64,000 nt of DNA, taken from a virus. Taxonomy: Duplodnaviria; Heunggongvirae; Uroviricota; Caudoviricetes. Positions 48,057 through 55,823 of the stretch are shown piece by piece. A model generated the notes under the pieces. That model was not told the DNA's origin. It worked only from the letters and a program-made list of their open reading frames with translations, and did no database searches. The position numbers and the translations under genes were made by a program. The DNA is taken from the IMG/VR virus record IMGVR_UViG_3300042922_001018; one strand, written 5' to 3'. The first letter of the stretch is position 1. Every line of letters begins with the position of its first letter.

Positions 48057-48761
48057 GTGAACGCCTACGCTGATGGCATGCGTCAGGCGCTCACCTACCA
48101 GCTTCTTCAGTACCGGCCGTCCTCCGGTGACCTGGCGAGCATCGACGCAGCGCGCCACCCCGGCGTCGCCCAGTGGGTTCGAGACAGCTACGAAGACCGG
48201 ACTACCGCCCAGAGCATCCGTTGGCTTCGCGGCTACCGACGCTTCGGTGACGTGTTCGAGCGTGCTACCCAGCTCGACCCGCACGACCCGGCTGTGAAGC
48301 TCGCCGACCCCTGGTATCTCGCGGGACTGCGCGAAGAGGATTTCACCCCCGCGACGCGTTCATTCCTGCACTCGATGTACGAGCGGGACATGGGTTCCCA
48401 AGGCCTCTCCCTCTTCATCTCTGCATTCGCGAAGCTCGGGAACCTGCCGGATAACTTCCAGGAACAGATGCGGTGGGCCGGTGGACGGTACATCGTCCCC
48501 AAGTCCTTCTGGGGTAGCTGGGTCAATGGACTGCTCGGCGAGTATGCGAGCACGTGGACTCCGGAGAACATCGACGAACTGATGACGGCTGGTGTTCGTC
48601 GCCGTGAGATGGATAAGGCGCTCGCGGCGGTCTACGGTGTGTCGGTGGATGTGACGCGGAACATCCATGAACAGGTTCTCCCCGATGTTCCGTATTCGGT
48701 CGTCAAGGCAGTGGTGCTAGATGAAGTGCCTGTAGAGTACGTCCGTGCCACGTTGACGTGA
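48057..48761 (+). CDS. GxPxEY-tail family, RHP/GYxRFGD subfamily
   Basis: IDAARHP...GYRRFGDVFE...LADPW; ends EVPVEYVRATLT. Confidence 0.75.
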   Translation: MNAYADGMRQALTYQLLQYRPSSGDLASIDAARHPGVAQWVRDSYEDRTTAQSIRWLRGYRRFGDVFERATQLDPHDPAVKLADPWYLAGLREEDFTPATRSFLHSMYERDMGSQGLSLFISAFAKLGNLPDNFQEQMRWAGGRYIVPKSFWGSWVNGLLGEYASTWTPENIDELMTAGVRRREMDKALAAVYGVSVDVTRNIHEQVLPDVPYSVVKAVVLDEVPVEYVRATLT

Positions 48762-48797
48762 CTCCTCACGCACGTCAACGTGTGCTACTCTGAGGTC

Positions 48798-49325
48798 GTG
48801 TCCGAGAACAATGTGCAAGCTGATGACAGTGAGTTCATCACGCTGCGCAGAAGCGAATGGTCTGCGTACCAGGCGTACGTGAAGGGCATCGAACGCCGTG
48901 TCCAGGATTACGAAGCGGACGAACTGCGTCGCGAGGAGTACAACCGCGAACGTTCAGTTGAAGAAGCTGCGCAGAAGAAGCGACTGTCGAGGACACGCGG
49001 TGTCATGACCCGCATCACGGCGCTGTACCTCGGCGGCTGGGTGTTCTTCGCACTCGGCGCCGGGTCGCTTCTTCTGTTCGGTCTCAGCGCTCTCCCTGGG
49101 GCTATCGACCGTATCTCTGGCGGTGACGTTCTCGGATGGGCGACGGTGGCAGTCCTCGGCGCAGTCCTCGTTCTGCTCCTGATGGTCGCCGGGTACCAAC
49201 GCATCCGTCGGCCGCTAGCAGTATTCGCGGTCGGGCTGCTCGGGCCATTGTTGGTGTGGGGACTCGTGTACCTGGGCAGCACCGCAGGCATCGTCACTAT
49301 CCTGCCGATGGCGCCACCGGTCTAG
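48798..49325 (+). CDS. Membrane protein with N-terminal coiled coil
   Basis: TACTCT-N6-GTG; 3 TM. Confidence 0.65.
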   Translation: MSENNVQADDSEFITLRRSEWSAYQAYVKGIERRVQDYEADELRREEYNRERSVEEAAQKKRLSRTRGVMTRITALYLGGWVFFALGAGSLLLFGLSALPGAIDRISGGDVLGWATVAVLGAVLVLLLMVAGYQRIRRPLAVFAVGLLGPLLVWGLVYLGSTAGIVTILPMAPPV

Positions 49326-49357
49326 CGGTCCTCTGAAACATGGGGTAGGATGAGGGC

Positions 49358-50284
49358 ATGAACACGCTCACCAGCTCCCACGGTTTCCCCGTCCCGCAGG
49401 CGAACAACCTCTCCCGCATCGGTGATGTCGCCCTCTACGTCAACGCGGGTCTCACGACCGCCGCTGACATCGGCGCGGCCTTCCCGCAGAACCGCTCGAA
49501 GGCGCCGGAGAACTCTTCCCGCGACGGGCTGTACTACCTCGACGCCGCAGGGTACCTCGGCCTCGTGACCCGTGAGCGTGACGGCCGCGTGATGTCGTTC
49601 GAGCTGACCGAGTCCGGCAAGCGCTTCGTCGCACTCGACAGCAACGGCCGGGAAGCGTACCTGCGGGCTATCGCCATCGCGACCCCGCTCATGCAGGCGT
49701 ACGCTTACGCGAAGGGCAAGGGGCTGTTCGAGCTTCTCGTCGCTGAGGGCATGGGTGAGCAGACCGCCCGCCGCCGCGTCTCCACCGCGTACGCCTGGGA
49801 CAAGGCGCTCGGCGCGCCGACGAAGGGCTACAAGAACCTGCCGACCTCAGTCCGGAAGGGCGACAAGGAGCCGAAGCAGAAGGACCGCCCGATTCTCGGT
49901 GTTCCCTACGAGGACCGAGGGAACTTCGCCATCGCAGAGCTGAACGACTATCTCACGGTTCGCGGCTACGAGACCCGTTCGGGCAAGACCCGCGAAGGCA
50001 ACTTCGACCTCGGATGGCAGCGTGGCAGCGACACCGTCATCGTCAACCACGCCGAGACCGGCGCCCGTGGTCACCGTGACCGCATCCGGTACGCGGACGG
50101 TCGCATTGCGGAGCACCGCCGCTACCTGGAGAAGGCCGGTATCCGCAACGTCCACGCCATCATCCTGACCTCCGACACGCTCGAAGATGCGGACCTTCTC
50201 CTGAACTCGCGGTACGACGACGAGAAGACCCTCGTCGTGAACATCGACGACCTGAGCGCGCTCCAGCGCCGCGGCCTCGTCTGA
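49358..50284 (+). CDS. Winged-helix protein with possible degenerate restriction-endonuclease-like C-terminal domain
   Basis: PQAN...RDGLYYLDAAGYLGLV...LT..G...RRVST; later FDLGW...VIV. Confidence 0.55.
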   Translation: MNTLTSSHGFPVPQANNLSRIGDVALYVNAGLTTAADIGAAFPQNRSKAPENSSRDGLYYLDAAGYLGLVTRERDGRVMSFELTESGKRFVALDSNGREAYLRAIAIATPLMQAYAYAKGKGLFELLVAEGMGEQTARRRVSTAYAWDKALGAPTKGYKNLPTSVRKGDKEPKQKDRPILGVPYEDRGNFAIAELNDYLTVRGYETRSGKTREGNFDLGWQRGSDTVIVNHAETGARGHRDRIRYADGRIAEHRRYLEKAGIRNVHAIILTSDTLEDADLLLNSRYDDEKTLVVNIDDLSALQRRGLV

Positions 50285-50312
50285 ACTCATCGTCCGGTAG
50301 AATCGGCGGTGA

Positions 50313-50362
50313 CGTAGAGCTGCCCGCCCCACTGTTCATCCTCGGGGGCGGGCAGCTCTACG
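50313..50362 (+). terminator. Stem-loop terminator
   Basis: cgtagagctgcccgcccc / ggggcgggcagctctacg followed by atttt. Confidence 0.85.
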
Positions 50363-50410
50363 ATTTTCGAGCGGGGACAACGCCACGAAAAACGTGCTAC
50401 ACTCGTGCGC

Positions 50411-50857
50411 ATGGAAGACATCGAGCAGCTTGACGCCATGTTTCAGAATGAGCAGCAGGCGGCTGTTGCGGTAGACCCTCCCCGGCCTCGGGACTTGCTC
50501 GCCGGTTACACACCGCGGACGAAGCCCGGCAATGTCATCTGGTTCTTCATCGCGCTTCTCATCTCGACCGTGCTGTGGAGTTTCACCTGGACGCCGGTCC
50601 TGAACTTCATCGCAATCTGGAATGACCCGCCCGAGGGCGTAGACGGGTACAGTGTCCTTGCCCCGACAACCATCGTCTACCTCGGCGCGTGTCTGCTGCT
50701 CTCGACCATTGCGGGAGCTGCGGCTTTCGCCAACCGCTTCCGGCCGACGTTCACATGGCCGGTGCTCGTTCTCGCCATCTCAGCGTGCTTCTTCACCGCC
50801 ACGATGGAGATGTCCACCGGGAAAGCGCTGCTTGACCTGCTGCCGTTCCCCGTCTAA
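50411..50857 (+). CDS. Membrane protein
   Basis: TACACT-N7-ATG; 3 TM. Confidence 0.65.
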   Translation: MEDIEQLDAMFQNEQQAAVAVDPPRPRDLLAGYTPRTKPGNVIWFFIALLISTVLWSFTWTPVLNFIAIWNDPPEGVDGYSVLAPTTIVYLGACLLLSTIAGAAAFANRFRPTFTWPVLVLAISACFFTATMEMSTGKALLDLLPFPV

Positions 50858-51699
50858 GACAGGACGGCAAGGAACTCGCGCGCTGGTTTAGCCTCGAACC
50901 CATCGGCTGTCGCCTTGCGTCGCCCGGCCGTATACGTTACATCGAAATAGTGGAACGTCGCGCGGTCGCCAAGCAGCTTTTCGAAGAACTCATCGCCCTC
51001 AACCACGCGGTTCGCAAGAAGAACAGTCGCACCCTGGTCGGCGTACCCGAGAGCTTCCTGAACCAGAGAGCGCTGAGCGTCGTCATCGAACCCGGTGCCG
51101 TATGTCGTGAACGAGCCACGGTAAGGCGGGTCTAGATAGATGAGCGAGCCTTCGCGCTTGTACTCCATCTCGCGGTAGTCGCCTGATGTGATGCTGGCGC
51201 CGCGCAGGGCAACCGACCACTGACGGACCAAGTCCGTCTTCACGACCTGCTCCATCTTCGTATGGTTCAGCAGCCCAGCGGGTGTCCCGAACAGGCCGCG
51301 CGAATCGGCGCACGTCTGCCAGATGCCATTGAAGCCGAGGCGCATCAGCACGAACAGCGTCGCGTCGTCCGGGTCAGCCCAATAGATTGAGCGCAGCGCG
51401 TAGTAGAACGCTTTCCGCTCATCCTTCGACGGAAGTTCCAGGTACGGGATGACCAAAGATTCCACGCGGTCGAGGAAACCGTCCACGTCGTCGCGCACAG
51501 CAGCGAGCACGCTCATCAGCTCAGCGTTGATGTCGTTCAGGTGAGCGGGGAGCACGACGGTTCCTTGAAGCCAGCCGAACACGGCGCCGCCGCCGAAGAA
51601 AGGTTCCACGTACCTCTGGAAAGGGCCGGAAGGCCACACATCAGAGTATCGAGCGAGCAAGCGGCTCTTGCCACCCGCCCACATGTAGAAAGGCTTCAC
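50854..51699 (-). CDS. Dam-family (D12 class) DNA adenine methyltransferase
   Basis: WAGGK, EPFFGGGAV, NDIN, FNG, YLDPPY; GTG coupled to the upstream stop. Confidence 0.92.
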   Translation of the reverse strand: MKPFYMWAGGKSRLLARYSDVWPSGPFQRYVEPFFGGGAVFGWLQGTVVLPAHLNDINAELMSVLAAVRDDVDGFLDRVESLVIPYLELPSKDERKAFYYALRSIYWADPDDATLFVLMRLGFNGIWQTCADSRGLFGTPAGLLNHTKMEQVVKTDLVRQWSVALRGASITSGDYREMEYKREGSLIYLDPPYRGSFTTYGTGFDDDAQRSLVQEALGYADQGATVLLANRVVEGDEFFEKLLGDRATFHYFDVTYTAGRRKATADGFEAKPAREFLAVLS

Positions 51700-52277
51700 G
51701 CAGCCCATCCTGCCAGGGCCAGATTCAGTTCGATGATGCGGGGGATGTCGGCTTCAGCTTCTTCGAGCGTCCGCCACCGGTAGAGACCGAGGACTCCTTC
51801 ATCGGAGTCCCACACGTCCCGCTTCTCCGGTTCGAAGATGGCGACAGCGGTTCCCAGAGTTCGCTCAGCGGAGCGGCCGTCGAAGAACCCGTCACCGAGA
51901 CAGAAGGTCACGTAGCGTTTCACCCCAAGGCGCTGGGAGATGGCGAAGTTCTTGTACCAGCGCTCGATAGCGTTGCCGCGCTCGCCCTGGAACTTGCATT
52001 CAACAGCTACGAGCGGCTGTCGCTTCCGGTCCACGAAGATACCGCCGTCAGGCCTGAACCCCGCGATACGGGAAGCGTCGTCGAGACTGGTCTGCAAGGC
52101 GACGCGTAGGTCATTGGCTGAGAGACCCTTCACCCATCGGGTTGAAGAAGGGATGCTCTGGATGTACTCACGGGTCAGCGTGTCGAGCTGCCGCGAGCTA
52201 AGATTCCCCGCGGTAGAGCCTAGCTGGATGCCTCCGCGGAATCCATCCTGCCGTTGCCGGGCGGGGGTTTCCGTCAT
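51696..52277 (-). CDS. EcoRI-like PD-(D/E)XK restriction endonuclease
   Basis: PDGG...VECKFQG...GNAIERWYKN mirrors EcoRI PDGG...EAKHQG...GNAIERSHKN. Confidence 0.75.
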   Translation of the reverse strand: MTETPARQRQDGFRGGIQLGSTAGNLSSRQLDTLTREYIQSIPSSTRWVKGLSANDLRVALQTSLDDASRIAGFRPDGGIFVDRKRQPLVAVECKFQGERGNAIERWYKNFAISQRLGVKRYVTFCLGDGFFDGRSAERTLGTAVAIFEPEKRDVWDSDEGVLGLYRWRTLEEAEADIPRIIELNLALAGWAA

Positions 52278-52379
52278 TCTGAAAGGCTATCATGCGTTTC
52301 TCAGGACGGCGGTGGTGCTACGTGTCCGGGCGTCTGTAGCGGTATCACCGTACCGTAGAGCACCCTGTACTATCGAAGT

Positions 52380-53453
52380 ATGGCGGACCGGGACGGCTGC
52401 GGAGAAACCGCAGCGAAGCGACATCACATCGTTCCCCAAACGTATCTGAAGAACTTCGGGCTGTCTAAGGGTGACCGGCCATCCAAGCATGTCTCCTATG
52501 ACAAAAAACAGGAAGAGTATCTCCGGAATCAGTCGAGCGTCAATATCGCGGTCATCAAAGACTTCAATAAATCTGTAACGCATCCAGGAGCGCCATCAGA
52601 GTTTGAGAGTTGGCTATGCGGGCAAGAAGGTCTACTTTCAAGTCGTTTCCGCGCTCACCCCGCGACGCTGCACCGAGATTGGCTGTGCAGGGCTGCGGCA
52701 CTCCAGCATATTCGTTCCCAGCAAGCAAGAGATGGAATAAATCAGGCTTTCGAGACCACTCTAGAGGAATGGTCTATACCAGGGGTGGTATCAATACAGA
52801 GGCGAGCAGATAAAGTCGCTATGCACTATTACGCCGTCAGGCTCGGACTGACTAAATACGCCGGTCTCCTAGCTCAGCGACGTATCTACTCCGTCGAGAA
52901 TCCCTACCATAATCTCATCACTTCTGACTCCCCCGTGGCGCAGGTCGGACCCGGCGGCGGGCTGATTGGAGCGACGCGCGTGGTGTTCCCCTGGAACCGA
53001 ACCACCGCGATAGTCTTCGGTCCGCCTTGCAAGCATCTAGCGGACCTATTCCGCGAAACACGCATCTTCTCCTGCCCATGTAGCGAAGCTACGTATATTC
53101 GACATGGGGGAAGGGACGAACGATTCACGGTGGACACTGCGCTAATGGCAGATATCAACAGACTGACGTATTCGAATGCACAACGATTCGTCTATGGACA
53201 CCCAAGTGACGAGAGTCTGATTCAGCAGTCGAGTCCTAGTGTCCTCGGCCCCATTCCGCCCTTCGGGAGAAGGCAACCCGAAAGCCCGATTCTCTCGGGC
53301 GTCCGAGTATTCGACTCGTCTGTTGCCTTCTCAGACGAGTCGAACGTTGAACAGGCAGTCGCCAGAGCTAAGGAAGAAGCCCAACGAGCTACACCTCCTT
53401 GGCGACGCCTGACTGAGCTAGAACTAGTAAGATTCTCGGCTCATCGACCCTGA
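52380..53453 (+). CDS. DUF4238 family protein
   Basis: HHIVPQTYLKNF and ITSDSPV; visibly more AT-rich than flanks. Confidence 0.75.
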   Translation: MADRDGCGETAAKRHHIVPQTYLKNFGLSKGDRPSKHVSYDKKQEEYLRNQSSVNIAVIKDFNKSVTHPGAPSEFESWLCGQEGLLSSRFRAHPATLHRDWLCRAAALQHIRSQQARDGINQAFETTLEEWSIPGVVSIQRRADKVAMHYYAVRLGLTKYAGLLAQRRIYSVENPYHNLITSDSPVAQVGPGGGLIGATRVVFPWNRTTAIVFGPPCKHLADLFRETRIFSCPCSEATYIRHGGRDERFTVDTALMADINRLTYSNAQRFVYGHPSDESLIQQSSPSVLGPIPPFGRRQPESPILSGVRVFDSSVAFSDESNVEQAVARAKEEAQRATPPWRRLTELELVRFSAHRP

Positions 53454-53494
53454 GCGCGCGTTCTTTCATAACCTCGGGTCGAGACTATGAAGTC

Positions 53495-53992
53495 TTACCA
53501 GCGGGTGACTGTTGCTGTGTCCCGCTCTGAAGCTGTGATGTGGCCCATCTTGAAGCTAAGGTCAGCAGTGTCTCGAATCGTGGAAGCCATTTCGCTCGCG
53601 CTGTGGCCGAACGACTCGATACGGTTTTCACGAACTTCGTCTGTCTGCATACCTGCGTACGCCGCAGCGAGTGCTTCCTCCGGCTTGCGGCCTCTCCATG
53701 ACCACTTCTTCGGCTCTTCGCCGTAGCTCACCTCGAAGTTGCGGAACCCAGACCGTCGAGCGATAAGCGTCAAGCCGTCCGGCCCATCGACGCTCCACGT
53801 GCGCTTACCGTTTTCATCACGGCCCTGCGAGGGGTTCAGTTCCGGAGTCGGCTCCACGATACGAGCACCGAGGCCCGCGATTTCCGGGTGCTCGGCATCG
53901 AACTCCGCAAGTGAAATCTCCGGACGCGAGCCACGCTTTTCAGAGAAACGACCGATAGTGTCGCGGTCTACCGCGAGTTCGTCGAAAGACAT
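53495..53992 (-). CDS. Tagged-family protein
   Basis: MSFDELAVDRDTIGRFSEKRGSRPEISL. Confidence 0.85.
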   Translation of the reverse strand: MSFDELAVDRDTIGRFSEKRGSRPEISLAEFDAEHPEIAGLGARIVEPTPELNPSQGRDENGKRTWSVDGPDGLTLIARRSGFRNFEVSYGEEPKKWSWRGRKPEEALAAAYAGMQTDEVRENRIESFGHSASEMASTIRDTADLSFKMGHITASERDTATVTRW

Positions 53993-53999
53993 GCCCAGT

Positions 54000-54008
54000 T
54001 GTAGGCGG
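54000..54008 (-). promoter_or_regulatory. CCGCCTACA box
   Basis: Minus strand ccgcctaca-actgggc-ATG(53992). Confidence 0.75.
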
Positions 54009-54057
54009 TCTGTGCGCGCCCTCTAACAGCTTCCCGCCGAAGATGTAGTCTCCGGGT

Positions 54058-55719
54058 TCAACCCCGCGCGAAGCGTGTCAGTACGTACCGCGTCTTCCCC
54101 GAATCCCAGATACGGTCGAGACCGTTGACCGCCGCGAGCTGTCGTTCGCTCAGACTCTCTTCGAACTTCAGGGCAGGGTCAGCCCGGAATCGAGCGAGTC
54201 GGTAGCTGAACTTGTGCTCCCGCCGGTTACCGACCCGGTACTTGTAGTCCGGCGCCAGCTCCCCATCCTTCACCCAACCTGTGCGCTCATACAGCGAGCC
54301 GTCCGAGACTTCATGGTCCGCGAACGTAATGAGATGCGTCCAGCTCGGGTCCGCTTTCTCTACGTGGCGGATGAGCTTCGACTGTCCGCCGAGGACATGA
54401 GCAGCCGTGGCGTAGCGCTCTAGACGCAGCTCTCCGGGCTTTCCCGTGCGCTTCAACGACATGACAGCGACAAGATGACCGTCATGCTCCAGACCCATGT
54501 GATACGTGGCCCCGGTGAAGCCCTGGATGTGGTTCGCTTCCAGGAACTCACGAGCCTCGGCCGTCGTCACCGAACGGGCGGTGGTAGAGCGTGCGGCAAC
54601 CCGCGGTTCCGCGGATGCTCCCAGCTTGTGTGCGAGCATCCGCTCGACGATGGGCCGTCGGCCCGCCCAGTCATCCTCCCAGACCTGGATGAGGCGAATG
54701 CCCAGGGCTTCACAAGCCTCTCGCTTCGCGGCGTGGACGCCCTTCGGCTTGAACCGCTCAGAGTGCCAGTACACACCGTGGCACTCGACGGCGATGTTCA
54801 GACTCGGGGCGAAGATGTCCAGCTCGCTGATGCCTGCGAAGCGGCGCACCGTGGTCTCAGTCTCGACGCCTAGCGAAGCGACGTAGTCAGCGATTTCTTG
54901 CTCGAAGCGGGAGACGAACGTCTTCGAGGCGCAGTCCGGGCAGCCGTGCCCGTCTACGATGTCAGCGATACGGGCGCGCCACACATGCCCAGATGAACAC
55001 TGCCAGAGAGCGCTGTAGTCGGAACGACGGGCTACCTCAGACGCCAGTTTCTCGTTGTCCTCATGCCACATCAAGGCGGACTGCGGTTCGAGAGTTGCTA
55101 GGTCGTTGAAGCCTGGCAAGATACGACTTCCGCCGCAGACCGCACAGCCGGTGCCGTTGACCGCTCGGGCGGTAACCTTCGTCTCCCATACGTGGCCGAG
55201 CGCACATTGCCACTTCGCCATGTATCCGGAACCGAGAACGACTTCAGACGCCATTTTCGAGTTGTCCGGGTGCCACTCTGCTGCGAGGTCTGGCCGAAGC
55301 GTCGCTAGGTCATTCTCGCCGGGGGCAACTTGACGGCCGATGCAGACCTTGCACTGGCGCCCTTGCATCCGTGAGTAGACTCGTGCGTACCATTCGTGAT
55401 TGTTAGCGCAACGCCAATGCGCCATGTAGTTCGACCCGCTCATTACGTCAGACGGCGCTCTGTCATTGTCAGGGTGCCACTCGGCGACTAGCTCGGGGAA
55501 GAGCGTGGCAAGGTCATTGACTCCAGTGATGACCTTCTTTCCGGAACAGTAGGGACAGCCATGCCCGGACATCCGCCGCTTGGAAGGAGCGTCCCAAGTG
55601 TGCCCCGATGCGCACTTCCATGACACATACGTTCCACTGGCTACTTCGTTCGGTGAACGTTCATCGTTCCATTCAGCGAGCAGCGCGTTGCTCAGCTCCG
55701 GGACGATTCTCTCTACCAC
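54058..55719 (-). CDS. Four Zn-ribbon repeats + Vsr/Hef-like endonuclease + C-terminal GNAT/Mom-like domain
   Basis: 4x W.C..(G/N)H.W...C..C; ELDIF...IAVECHGVYWH...IQVWEDDW; FLEANHIQG...ITFAD...GSLYERTGW. Confidence 0.75.
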   Translation of the reverse strand: MVERIVPELSNALLAEWNDERSPNEVASGTYVSWKCASGHTWDAPSKRRMSGHGCPYCSGKKVITGVNDLATLFPELVAEWHPDNDRAPSDVMSGSNYMAHWRCANNHEWYARVYSRMQGRQCKVCIGRQVAPGENDLATLRPDLAAEWHPDNSKMASEVVLGSGYMAKWQCALGHVWETKVTARAVNGTGCAVCGGSRILPGFNDLATLEPQSALMWHEDNEKLASEVARRSDYSALWQCSSGHVWRARIADIVDGHGCPDCASKTFVSRFEQEIADYVASLGVETETTVRRFAGISELDIFAPSLNIAVECHGVYWHSERFKPKGVHAAKREACEALGIRLIQVWEDDWAGRRPIVERMLAHKLGASAEPRVAARSTTARSVTTAEAREFLEANHIQGFTGATYHMGLEHDGHLVAVMSLKRTGKPGELRLERYATAAHVLGGQSKLIRHVEKADPSWTHLITFADHEVSDGSLYERTGWVKDGELAPDYKYRVGNRREHKFSYRLARFRADPALKFEESLSERQLAAVNGLDRIWDSGKTRYVLTRFARG

Positions 55720-55823
55720 CCTGAAAGTCTACCACGCGTATCGACGCTGACCCCGGAACGTGTGCTACGCTGGAGTGTGGCCCATCACGGCCGCGATACG
55801 GAACTGACTAGGAAGCATTACAG

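Noticed and set aside
50298-50362. TAGAAT hexamer just before a terminator hairpin (similar TAGACT at 62791): possible small RNA
   Set aside because: The hairpins are adequately explained as terminators of upstream genes; no other support.
1834-54008. CCGCCTACA read as a REP-like element (reverse complement TGTAGGCGG contains GTAG) or an integron attC site
   Set aside because: No hairpin follows, orientation and distance are fixed to start codons, and no RAYT transposase or integrase was seen.
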